From Neoconidiobolus thromboides FSU 785 (lineage: Eukaryota; Fungi; Entomophthoromycota): a stretch of DNA of 64,000 bases. The notes below the pieces were generated by a model. That model had not been told where the DNA came from, did no database searches, and saw only the letters and a program-made list of their open reading frames with translations. Made by a program: the position numbers and the translations under genes. Position 1 is the stretch's first letter; every line of letters begins with the position of its first letter. The stretch covers positions 33,522 through 97,521 of the forward strand of contig MU626328.1 in the NCBI GenBank assembly GCA_025603075.1, in the 5' to 3' direction. Positions 51,501 to 61,317 of this stretch are shown piece after piece.

Positions 51501-52221
51501 GAATAATTAAATGTTCTGGTAATTTATAATCCTCAGGGATGGATATACCTGATATACGAGAAAAATAATGAGTATTACCTTTGACTGTGTATTTCGTAAC
51601 TTTAGTTTCGGGGTTATTTATTTTATCAATTAAGACATGAACTTCATCCAATAAATGATGTGTTGTTATTGTCGACATAAATACGTTATATTCTTTAAGG
51701 CACAAACATAATCGATCTAAGTTAAAGCCCTCATATTTTTGATCGAAATTATATTGAATCCTTTTATTATAAGGTATAGTTCGACTTACGGCAATGACAT
51801 GACGTATAGGTTCTTGATTACTTTGAGGATTTCTTTCCCTTTTTTCTTTATCAAATAGCTCCAAACATGCACCTACAGCTTCGTCAAGTACTGAATATCT
51901 AGGCCCACCATAATTGAATTTAGTTTTTTCAAGCCTAGCTAAGAACTCTTGTTTATTTGTTGTAAATGTACTCTTTTCTAAAGGAGCTGGACACTTTGAT
52001 AAAACATCACGATAAACGATACTTGAAAATTTTATACAAGGTAACGCTTTTCTAGAGTCCCCATTTTTGGATGCTATTGTTACAGGAAGTGAAAGTTGGT
52101 TGACAAAAGGGGTTATAAGGTTGTCAAACATATACTTAAAATGATTTTTCATACCCTGGGTACCATCAATTAAGAATACACACAGTATGTCGTTTGGTGT
52201 TGAAGGTATTTGATTAGTCAT
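48580..52221 (-). CDS. MED25: Mediator subunit MED25-like protein (VWA + ACID/PTOV-like + Q/N-rich), intronless
   Basis: VWA motifs CVFLIDGT, EFLARLEKTKFNYGG, VLDEAVGACLELFD, HVIAVSRTIPY. Middle domain KLWTGRFGY...NEWPSAIFI...RLMGL. Gln-rich C-terminus. Confidence 0.75.
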   Translation of the reverse strand: MTNQIPSTPNDILCVFLIDGTQGMKNHFKYMFDNLITPFVNQLSLPVTIASKNGDSRKALPCIKFSSIVYRDVLSKCPAPLEKSTFTTNKQEFLARLEKTKFNYGGPRYSVLDEAVGACLELFDKEKRERNPQSNQEPIRHVIAVSRTIPYNKRIQYNFDQKYEGFNLDRLCLCLKEYNVFMSTITTHHLLDEVHVLIDKINNPETKVTKYTVKGNTHYFSRISGISIPEDYKLPEHLIILPYKAKKHELTSPNLQTLPIKAKKIEATVSKPEETTPSQIKQESIQTIASNTNVEDVSKLSNEHKQSPNNSNLPHPSPNKHNSTKQSPNKPNPLVPIPETSQISSQALNSAQNQIPNSVPTSVPTSVPTEINNQPLSQVTNKPNNSKNRRKLSSATIDLTNTPLYVDSPAPIELNKATNLTQPPTPAEPIVSTNMKRTVSSKGARTRKSMGSRKNSKVNINTTIKKEKTSVNVKPETTVPTPQQNLIFDQYNGQAPTPSASNDPTQTNNQNLVQKDAVTPANMTPSSQNQNQNQNQNQNNVSTINKAQPAGNGNYNAPNPNISPLATEYSSMMVSGHQAMMQNNGVIQQTNQNQVSAPQSFNQFNQNSQPNGYSQVGGNMSMTGGRPMNPMFQGNPNFNQMQAQYFMANSPSAKQEAHSQAIQQNIQVKNTPQQVQAQAMQQNMQMSNHQQVHTQAMQQNMQVNSHPQTMQQNIQVNNRPQQVQQNMQVNNLPQQVHTQAMQQNMQANNLPQQVQQVPNQMYQNEAYNTNAVTQTQNNMQYMQRPPNMDAVQNQIQHSTPQNAINGATQTQVNNIAGMQKAGNGAVKLWTGRFGYRFAQNGQFIEQSCMVSAGSIPQPEEITALFHANEWPSAIFINSFRPCNLEGLISYCKQHMRPSFFLIPSAEDPSHQVFLNVLKKMEQDNSVALSLMNNPEGKPPGSYGFIFFKNGARLMGLSFINSPIPNVGLFGEATNQKMDANAIKQNVQNVQAINQNIRNQQQQQQQQQQQQQARVINNNQEAAVPLQKQVATSYLNNQGAISSGQNNGMSMDNAAALRAQMAHMSQQGYTVPQQMQFSNAQAFNSQLGRINPGQNILQQQVKKQIAIGAKPAMAQQRVQNFNPQQQQQVLNFQAYQAQQHYAQQLAQQQMGQPNLFQANLAQQQMNQPFINHPGMAQQLINQQQMLNAQQRNLAQVNLQQQQHMNFHNGMNRPQ
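49950..50245 (-). repeat. Imperfect coding tandem repeat (QAMQQNMQVNNxPQQV-like), about six units
   Basis: Recurrent CATATTTTGTTGCAT / TGCATGTTTTGTTGCATAGCTTG units; also (TTTTGA)n at about 50607-50640 and a poly-Gln tract at about 49190-49228. Confidence 0.8.
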
Positions 52222-53772
52222 TTTTTCCTAAAGATTAAAGAAAAAAAATGGGTTCTTTAAATTTAGGACCCATTTGTTTTAAAGCCACCTTATCTGAAGT
52301 AAGTTCAGTTTTATTGGCCGAGTTAATTATAGAATCCAGTTAAATTGATTTTATGTTTTTTTTCGCTTTATTTTTGATTAAATGAAAATTCATTCATGTT
52401 GGCATGCTAAAATTGAGTAATTAAAAGAACTCAAAGTTAAATCATATATTAGAAATAAGAATTAGCTTAAAAAGGGTTTATTGTTTAAGACCGCAATAAC
52501 AATAGTACGTTATATATTTGTATTATTTTAATTTTATAAACATATATACTGAAGAAATACAACTATTATTTGATTAATAATATTTGTTTCTGTCAAAAAC
52601 ATCTAATATGTATTCTTATAAAGGATTGAGGAACAGTATCAGTCTACAAAAATAGCAATTTGCTTATCAGAAATTTCTAGTTAACTAACTCCTATAGTGT
52701 TATTTAGATTGATTAAAAATGAAAAAGATAAAATAACTTCATATAACTAAAATCTATTTATATATGGTTAATGTTACAAATAGTGGATATATTATGAATT
52801 CTTTCTTTTAGCATACTAATAAATATAATAGAATCATTTATTTGACTTTCTTTTAATCGGGATAAAATTTGATATCAAATTTTTAACTGTTATTATAAGT
52901 TACAGCTTTGTACCACCACTATTGAAATAAAGTTTTTTCTTTCAACTCCAAATTTTAATTTCAGAACATTCTAGATCGGGGAGTGATTTTTGACAAGCCA
53001 ATTTATTAGTAAAATGACCAAATTTTTAAAATAATAGTAATTTGATTTGTGATTTTAGACAGATCATTATAGTCACTTGTTGACATATTACTAACATGAT
53101 TAAAAAATAAATTATAAAAAGATGAGACTCAAACTATTTTTATTATTAAAACTAAATGTTGGCATATCATATATGTAATATCATTGATTGATATACTCTT
53201 TAATATTGAATAAGTACCAAAACAATAAATATCAGCTTAATCAATTTAACATTAAGCGGATATTAAAATAGATTAAAATTCATAAGTTGAATTATAGAAT
53301 TTAAAGAATTTAGCTTAAAAACTGATAAAATGATTTCCTAACAAAATAAACAACATAATTTAAAATCTAGAAACTAGTTAAGTTTCAAATAACATCAAAT
53401 TTCATGTTTTTTTGGATTAGTAATCAATATCCGTCATTGATATTGAAAATGTATTTGCTGCAGTATCAATTGTTTTGGAATTATTTTTGTTATTTCACGT
53501 ATTTTATAAAAACATATGAATTAGAACAGTACTTTCGTTGTATAATAATATAAGATGTTTTATAAAAAAACTATAAGTTTATGAAAGCCAAAAACTAAAA
53601 TACTTTTATCAAAAAGTTAATTTAAATAATAATTTAGTTAACTGCAGTTTATAACGTAGATTTCAACTTGATTTTCAATCATCAAAAATAAAAAGAGTGA
53701 ACATCATTTGTTTTAAAATAACACCCACTATAAAATAACAATAAATCAAAAGCTCTACACTTTTTTAAAAAA

Positions 53773-55263
53773 ATGGTCCAAAGTTTACTCTTGACGTTAA
53801 GTATATTAGCCCCCATTGTTTATCTAGCTTATCGAATTTTCCATTGTCGAAAAGAACTACTCCCATTACCAGGTATAAGTTTATATCAAAGTTTAGAAGC
53901 TTTTTTTATTGGAAAACCGTATGATATCACGATCGAAGACTATTATGATCCGGTATTAAAAGAGAAAAAAATTGTACGTACCTGGATGCAAGGGGAATGG
54001 GCCGTAATAGTATCTAGTCCTAAAATAGCAAAAGAAATCTTTATGTATCCCAATAAATATCCCAAAAACATACCTCAAGATATCTTCCCAGAAGCTTTAT
54101 TTTCTAAATTTATGGGAGTAAATGTTATCTTTTCCAATTATACGACTTGGAAAAGACATCGTTCCGTGGTTAATCCGCCCTTCCATAAACAATTTGAGCC
54201 AAAGATTTTTGGTCAAATTACTAATCAATTTTCCAAAATATTATTAGATAAGAAAGGAAAAGACATTGATGTATTTTCCTATATGCAATCCATTACGATT
54301 GATGCCTTAGGTAAAGCTGTTTTAGATGTAGAATTTGATGCAATCCATGATCCAAATGCTCCCTTTTTAAATGCTTATAATAATATTTTGTCCAATTCTT
54401 TTGTGCCCATTTATTTGTTTTTTCCTTTCTTAGATAAACCCTGGAATCCCTTTAGAGCTAAAGTGTTCGATGACCTTAAGTGGCTTCAATCTTATTTTGA
54501 TCAAATATTAGATGAAAGAAGAGAAGAAATTAGACAAAAGAAAGATTCAAATGATTTACATAACGCCCATGATGATTTATTAACATTAATGATACAATCT
54601 CAAGAAAAGGATGGGTTAAATAATAAAGAATTAATGGATAATATATTAGGATTTTTTTTAGCAGGTCATGAAACAACAGCATGTGTGTTAGGAGTAACAT
54701 TATTTTTTTTGGCCAAATATCCTGAAATTCAAGAGAAATTATATCAAGAAGTTCGATTTTTATTAAAAAAACCAGATACTATTCCTACTATTGAGCAAAC
54801 AAAACAAATGACTTATTTATTTGCTATTATGGAAGAAAGTTTAAGATTATATCCACCAGTATCTAGATTACCAGATAGAGTTTGTAAAGAAGAATTACAT
54901 TTTGATAATTATATTATACCGAAAGGTACTAGATTAGCATTAAGTATTTATTCTTTACATCGAGATCCAGAAATTTGGGGGGAAGATAGTAATGAATTTA
55001 AACCAGAAAGATTTTTAGATGAAAATATGAATGAAAAGGAATTGAAAACTAAATTTATTACTAATGGATTTGGCGGGGGTTCAAGAATCTGTTTAGGACT
55101 TAATTTTTCAAGATTAGAACAAAAGGTTGTGTTGTCTATGCTGGTTAATAAGTTTAAAATTAAGTTTTCTGAAAAGAATTGTAACAGAGATAGGATTAAA
55201 CTGACTCCTCACCCTATCTTATATCCTAAAGAATTATATTTGGATTTTGAATTAAGGGAATAA
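53773..55263 (+). CDS. Cytochrome P450, intronless
   Basis: N-terminal anchor, AGHETT I-helix, EESLR (ExxR), PERF, FGGGSRICLG heme motif. Confidence 0.96.
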   Translation: MVQSLLLTLSILAPIVYLAYRIFHCRKELLPLPGISLYQSLEAFFIGKPYDITIEDYYDPVLKEKKIVRTWMQGEWAVIVSSPKIAKEIFMYPNKYPKNIPQDIFPEALFSKFMGVNVIFSNYTTWKRHRSVVNPPFHKQFEPKIFGQITNQFSKILLDKKGKDIDVFSYMQSITIDALGKAVLDVEFDAIHDPNAPFLNAYNNILSNSFVPIYLFFPFLDKPWNPFRAKVFDDLKWLQSYFDQILDERREEIRQKKDSNDLHNAHDDLLTLMIQSQEKDGLNNKELMDNILGFFLAGHETTACVLGVTLFFLAKYPEIQEKLYQEVRFLLKKPDTIPTIEQTKQMTYLFAIMEESLRLYPPVSRLPDRVCKEELHFDNYIIPKGTRLALSIYSLHRDPEIWGEDSNEFKPERFLDENMNEKELKTKFITNGFGGGSRICLGLNFSRLEQKVVLSMLVNKFKIKFSEKNCNRDRIKLTPHPILYPKELYLDFELRE

Positions 55264-55347
55264 ATTATTAGATTTATATTATATTTAACATTTTTAATTG
55301 ATTTATTGATTTAATTATTTTTGTATTAAAAAATAATAAAATAGATA

Positions 55348-55450
55348 TACGAGGAAGTTTTTTTTGGTTTCATTGCTTTTTCCATTTTTTAAGTGCTATT
55401 TAAGCGGAAAGATTGTTAGTAGTTCTTGAACAAAAAAATAAGCCCTTATA
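55348..55450 (+). mobile_element. MITE-like copy (A)
   Basis: GAGGAAGTTTTTTTTGGTTTCATTGC...AAGTGCTATTTAAGCGGAAAGATTGTTAGT...CCCTTATA. Confidence 0.75.
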
Positions 55451-55671
55451 TATTAATATTAGGCTATATAAATATTTAGAATTTTTTTATCATTTCTTTA
55501 TAATTTATAAATATGAGTCGAGTTAAAGATTCAAAATTATTGTGAGATTAATTAAAAACTTCATTATACTAAACCAGGTTTGTATTTAATTATTGAATTA
55601 TAGACTTTAATAATAAGATATAAAAGTTTATTAAACCATTAGTATTGATGAAATATCTTTAAGTTTAAATA

Positions 55672-55776
55672 TATAGGGATATATTTTTCTGTTTAAGAAT
55701 TTTACTAACAATTCTCCCGCTTAAATAGCGCTTAAAAGGTAGAAAAAGTGATGAAACTAAAAAAAACACCCTCATA
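55672..55776 (-). mobile_element. MITE-like copy (B)
   Basis: TATAGGGATATATTTTTCTGTTTAAGAATTTTACTAACAA...CCCGCTTAAATAGCGCTTAAAA...CACCCTCATA. Confidence 0.8.
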
Positions 55777-55843
55777 TATTTCTAAATTGTTATTTTCATA
55801 TTTAACTTAATGATCTTGACTTTGGTGCTTATCAAAATAAACA

Positions 55844-55943
55844 ATTGAGGGCGTTTTTTTATTTCATCACTTTTTCTACTCTTTAGACGTTATTCATAAG
55901 TGGAAAGGCTATCAATAAAATTCTTAAAAATACATCCTCAATT
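55844..55943 (+). mobile_element. MITE-like copy (A), diverged
   Basis: TGAGGGCGTTTTTTTATTTCATCAC...TAAAATTCTTAAAAATACATCCTCA. Confidence 0.7.
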
Positions 55944-56088
55944 ATAGTTTAATTGTTATTATTAAAACCATCAATGTTAAATAAATGAACTTTTAATAAA
56001 CAATTAATTTCCTTAATAATATAATATAGCTTATAATTGAATTAAATAATAAACTTGACTCAATTCTACTTTTAATTTTTATTTAACT

Positions 56089-57239
56089 TTATAACTTCCC
56101 AGCCTCTAATACTAATTGATTATGATCAAATTCTTCCGGTTGTTTATTAAATTTTTTAACCAACTCAAATTTCTTTTCATCCCCAACTAAATAAAATTGT
56201 TGTACTAGTAATATAAGTAATTTACTATCTTCTAAACTCAAAGGAACTTTTTCATTATCATTATTACCTAATTCGCCTTTCATTAATACAATCTCCTTCT
56301 CTTTACTTAACTCAGGGTAATGGGTAATGATAAGATGTGGCCTTGCTTGTGAACCGTGAGTTTTGTATTCAATTAAAGAAGTGAAATAAATTTGGTGATA
56401 ATGAGTTTGCATGAAATAAAATTCATGACCTCCAGATTCACGGGGCAATGGTAATAAGAACTATATTAGATGTAAAAAAATGTATCAGTTGAATTCATTT
56501 TTAATTATTACTAATAATTTCTAACTTACACAGGGATATTCTTTAAATAAATTTAAAAATTTATTATAAGTATTAATCGGCATTACTGCTGATATACATT
56601 CTTTTTTTAAATGATAGGCATTCCATAGCTTTGAAATAGACTCTGCATCTAAATCTTTCAATTTTTCTAAATCCATGATTTTATCTAATGAAGCCTAAAT
56701 TTAATCATCAATTAATCTTAAAATAAAAATAGAGTCAGTTATTCTTTACTTGAGTAGCATCGTTTGTGGTCTTTTTTTCTCTTTCAATTTTTTTTTCTCT
56801 TTTTATATCATTGACTTCTTTTATCTGACTTTCTTTAGTTATACTTTCTTTCTTTTTCTCAGCTTCGAAATGCTCATTTAATAAATCATCGACGGTAGAT
56901 ACTCCTTTGCTAACCATTTTATTAACGAAAAAACAAAGCATGAAATTTAGTATAGTACCTTCTAGCTTTTTTCTGTAGTTTTTCTTGATATCTTTTTAAT
57001 ACATCTTCATCTAATCTATTTGTTTGACTAGTTGAAAACAATTGTTTAGTTCCACTATTAATTTCTACAGAATTCAGAATTAGTCAAAATTCCATTCAAT
57101 TATAGGAGATGCACTTACTGTTTAATCTATTTAAGTTTGAACTTTCATTTAGCACTGTAGCATATTGGCGAACTCTATTTAAGGAGATCAAACTGGGTTC
57201 TAATTTAGCTAATCGAGTTGTTAAGCGTTGAAAAAACAT
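56089..57239 (-). CDS. ATP11: Mitochondrial F1-ATPase assembly factor Atp11 (multi-exon)
   Basis: Presequence-like MFFQRLTTRLAKL; IMDLEKLK...ISKLWNAYH, FLLPLPR, YFTSLIEYKTHG...PHLIITHYPEL...IVLMKGE, FNKQPEEFD. Confidence 0.9.
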
Positions 57240-57849
57240 TTGAATTTGGGAAATAAAAAGTTTGCTATTTTTTTAAATTTTTTGATTAATTTTTCGAAAT
57301 GAAAAATAGCCAATGAAAATTCAAGCTAATTTCTGACAATTATTTTCAAAAATCAGAATCTTAAAGCACAAGGACCTAAATAGGAGTTTATCAATGAATA
57401 GAAAAAGAAAATAGCCTGAAAAAGATGTAAAACTATTTTTTAATTTAAAAATTTGACAACCTTGTTTCATTATATAATAAACGGTAAAGACTAAAAATAG
57501 CAATATTATATAGAGCAATTGCATCTTTTTATAGTTATACATTTTATTTGAAACCAACGTTTGTGGTCAAAGGAAATAAAGTATTAGGCTTAAAATAGAT
57601 CCACAAGTAAAACTAATTTCTTTTAACTCTTAGAAAAATTCACTTCAATATCAAGCGTATAATAAATAAAGCTAATATATTAGATGTTACGCTAAATTCC
57701 AAAACTCTTTTCAACTGTCGTTTTCTAATCATAAAAAGTCTCTTAACCTACCCCTTCTCATTAGTTTCAATCACTAAATCACGCTCGAGTCATTAGATGA
57801 CCGGTTATATATTACATAATAGCTTATATATTCTACTTAATCAGTTGTT

Positions 57850-58450
57850 GATGGGGTCTATAAAACTGCCAACTGGGAAAAACGCTTCCAGAATTCACTC
57901 TCTAACTGCCTTGTTTGTGATTTGTTTATGAAGGTCACCTTCACCATTTCTACAATTCTCATCTCTCTAAAGATCCTTGAATTAAACCTCAGGACCAGTT
58001 ATTCTTGATATTCCTCTTCCCATTATTCATGTCATGAACAACCCATCCGATTTCGGTCTCATTACACCCTCAATTCCTCCTCACATCTTCTACATGGTTG
58101 TTGTATCAATATTTCTCTCAATAACGGGTTTTTGTATCAACAAAAGCTCTGGATTTTCTTTCCCTACCCCATTATCACTTGTACCAGGTTTTGAATATTT
58201 AATAATTGAGAAGCTCTCTTTACTCGTCCACTGGAAAAGTTCCAGAGTCAAAAAGTTTCCCTCTAAGTCTATAAGCTTATTAGATTGCCCTTATCTTTCT
58301 CTATCTATCTTTTCATTTTCTATGTTATTGAGGGCTTTAGATTTTTTCCTTACACACTACCATGGTCCCTTTAATATTCTTTTGGAAATGGAAACAGCAC
58401 AGATTTGTCCTGAATTTATAGAGAAAAAATATTATGCTGAATTTATGTAC
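57850..58450 (-). mobile_element. Possible decayed non-LTR retrotransposon 3' fragment
   Basis: Purine-rich minus strand with stop-riddled reads such as FLYKFRTNLCCFH...VCKEKI*SPQ*H and IFKTWYK, loosely like RT-associated zinc-knuckle regions. Pattern match only. Confidence 0.25.
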
Positions 58451-58512
58451 CAATTTTATTTTAAGAAACTATAGTTTCTTTAAAGTTAAAATAAATCTCA
58501 GATCTATGTAAA

Positions 58513-59466
58513 TCAACAGCTGAGATTACCTAGTGGAATGCCCCAAATTTCAAGGTGCGCATCTGGACTAGGGCGATACCACTCTTTATAAGAGCACTCA
58601 GGATCTTCTAAAAAAGAAGTGCTGCATAATTTAGTACTCATACCGTTTACCCAAAGTTCTTGCTGATGGTGGGTAAAGTTAATTATTTCAGCTGTGAGAT
58701 GAGGTACTACATCGTTTGCATTAACAAATCTTCCAATAGTAAAACGATTTTGGTTGACAAACCTTGCAAAATTAGCATCTCCAATCCTCGGGGCACCATA
58801 GGTATACAGTCGAAGCTGGTTATCATTTAAATTTAATTCGCCTTTAAGCCTCAACGCCATCAAACTAGCAATTGCAGCTCCAAAGCTATGTCCAGTTACA
58901 ACTACTTTATATTGAGGATAAGAAGATAACATTAATCCTAGATTAGATGAAACAACAGGGAATAGAGCATCTGCCGCTTTTTTAAACCCAGCATGGACAT
59001 TGTAAGATTTACCATCAAATGTCATTAGTGTTTTGCCAATTTGAACACTTAGTAACCAATTTTGCAAGTTAGAGTTGCCGCGAAACGAGATAATAATTTC
59101 CTTACGCTTATTATTTATTGCAATATATCCTCTAGTTTCAGTAGCTCTATCTTCCAGTATTTTGATATCCTCAATTAAATCTTGGATTTTCATACAATGA
59201 GTACACTTCCAGTTTAGTACACTTTTATTAGAACAATAAGATGCACCCGCAAATCGGGCATAGATTTTCCCATCAGCTTCGTTTCCTGATTGGATTAATG
59301 ACTTCTCACTTATCCTCCTCCCTTGGCATCTGGGAGGTTGTATATTTTTGACCAACATTTCAAGACTTTGTTTAAACCGAATGAAATAATCCTGCTCAGT
59401 AACATTTGCTGTTAATATATGGTTGGATGCTAATAGAGTGGTAAATATTGTCAAGATAAGTTTCAT
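58513..59466 (-). CDS. Secreted class 3 (Rhizomucor-type) lipase, intronless
   Basis: Signal peptide, ISFRG, VTGHSFGAA nucleophile elbow, YTYGAPRIGD, DVVPHL, catalytic His in DAHL. Confidence 0.93.
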   Translation of the reverse strand: MKLILTIFTTLLASNHILTANVTEQDYFIRFKQSLEMLVKNIQPPRCQGRRISEKSLIQSGNEADGKIYARFAGASYCSNKSVLNWKCTHCMKIQDLIEDIKILEDRATETRGYIAINNKRKEIIISFRGNSNLQNWLLSVQIGKTLMTFDGKSYNVHAGFKKAADALFPVVSSNLGLMLSSYPQYKVVVTGHSFGAAIASLMALRLKGELNLNDNQLRLYTYGAPRIGDANFARFVNQNRFTIGRFVNANDVVPHLTAEIINFTHHQQELWVNGMSTKLCSTSFLEDPECSYKEWYRPSPDAHLEIWGIPLGNLSC

Positions 59467-59850
59467 ATCTTAAATTAATAAATCTTTTTGAATATATTAA
59501 TTTTATTTTATTTATAAGTTTCATTTTTATATCTATCTTGGATGTATAACTACCATTATTAGTAATTTTTAGCAAGTATTGGCCGTTTTTTCAATATGAT
59601 AGTTTAATAGAAGAAGCTTTTTATAATATTTGATATATATGTTAATTTAATAATTAATAATCTGTTATTTAAAATTCATTCATGTTATTATTAAGCTTCT
59701 TCTTAAGGATACGGAGAAGATTTTTTGGTATTATACATATAAGTCTGCCAAGATGGATACCATACTAGTGTAGAAGAATCAGAACTTGAAGAAGTCTTGG
59801 TATTTGAAAAGTGGAAATTCATAATGGGGGAAATTTGTAATTTTTACAAA

Positions 59851-59955
59851 ATGAGAGCGTTTTTTTCGGCCTCATCACTTTTTCCAGTTTTTAAACGCTA
59901 TTTATTTGAGGGAAAAAATTATTAGTAAATTGGTAGATAAAAAATATATCCATAT
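59851..59955 (+). mobile_element. MITE-like copy (A), diverged
   Basis: TGAGAGCGTTTTTTTCGGCCTCATCAC...AACGCTATTTATTTGAGGG...TATCCATA. Confidence 0.7.
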
Positions 59956-60499
59956 ATATTAATTTGAAATAAATTGCGATATGTTTTTATATTAGTATTA
60001 AATCCTTATTTTTTTTTGCTCTTTAATGATCCTTTTGGTTATTTTTATCGAAATTTGAAGATGCTACTTCCTGTTATGACCGCCCTGTATACTCTTGAAG
60101 CAGACGAGCTATCAATATACTTTATTTGAAATAAAGGAATTTAAATTGAATATAACTTTCCCAAATTGAAAGCTAATCTAAGCGAGCTGGAATTCTCCCC
60201 TATTCTCACAATCCATGAAGCTGTTTGCTATTGCTACACTATCACTCCTACCTTTTAAAATTACCACTTTAATTCTGATTTCTTCTGTCTTGATAATAAA
60301 GCACTCAGGAGCTTTATTCCTTAAATGGATCTTAAAAAAAGGAAAAGATAAAAAATAAACCCAATTTAAAATGGCTAAGGATTGAGTAAATATATAGTAT
60401 AGTACTTGAAAACTACAAAATTATTACAGAAGTCTGAACTTCAAATGTGCTGACTTTAGATTTTAGCAATTTAAACTTCATCACCCAAAGTTACGATTT

Positions 60500-60670
60500 A
60501 TATAAAGATATTTGACTATTAAGTACATTACTTGCAGTTTTAGAAAGTTATAAAACAATTGTACAAGAGCTATATATATATGGATTCTACCTTCCAAGCC
60601 TCATAGCTACGATAAAAGCCTAGGTAAAAAGCATAGAGAATACAAAAGCTTTTAGAAGTGACGCATATCT
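60500..60670 (+). mobile_element. Decayed gypsy-type integrase HHCC remnant
   Basis: YKTIVQELYIYGFYLPSLIATIKA*VKS resembles the T...L...GFYWP...IK.YVK.C..C integrase zinc-binding segment. It is degraded and surrounded by stop-interrupted frames (60060-60740). Confidence 0.33.
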
Positions 60671-61317
60671 AGCAGGAGATATAGCAAAAGCGTCATTAGA
60701 ACGATTGAAGTAGCTTAGCACCAAATCACAAACAAAAAAATAAAATTGTACTTTACTTTCTAATGTTGATTATTTTATTGATTATTTAATGACTTTACTG
60801 TTGATAATACAAATGTATTTTACTAGTTGTTTATAAACTTTCATTTTAACTTTTATTTGCAATTATAAAATGCTAAATTGACTTTATAATAAACTTTTTG
60901 TAATATTTATTCTAACAAAGTTAAGCTGTTTCAGTGCTACATATATAACTTTAAAAGGCGTTTATTTAATGATATCACAATAAACTTTAGCTGACTTATA
61001 ATATCTAGAATTTTATTAAGAGTTTTGTTCAGTTGTTTTATCTTTATATATATTGTATTATATAAAAATATAAAAAGGATAGCGTAAAAGTTTAACAAGT
61101 ATTGTAACTATAGATACACTTGGTGTAATTATGTCTAACAAAATCAATATAAAATTTTATATTTAATCATTTTTATCTACCATAACATTTTTGTTATGTG
61201 GCATAAAGAGATATTCAGGGAATTTTGTCTTACTAAAATATACAATTAAGTATAAACACAAGCTCAAAATGCCCAAGGTCAAGGTATACGCGAATTTGCT
61301 GTTTATAAGATATAGAA

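Noticed and set aside
58034-58474. 146-aa plus-strand ORF
   Set aside because: Pyrimidine-rich with no domain; better explained as the antisense of a decayed purine-rich element.
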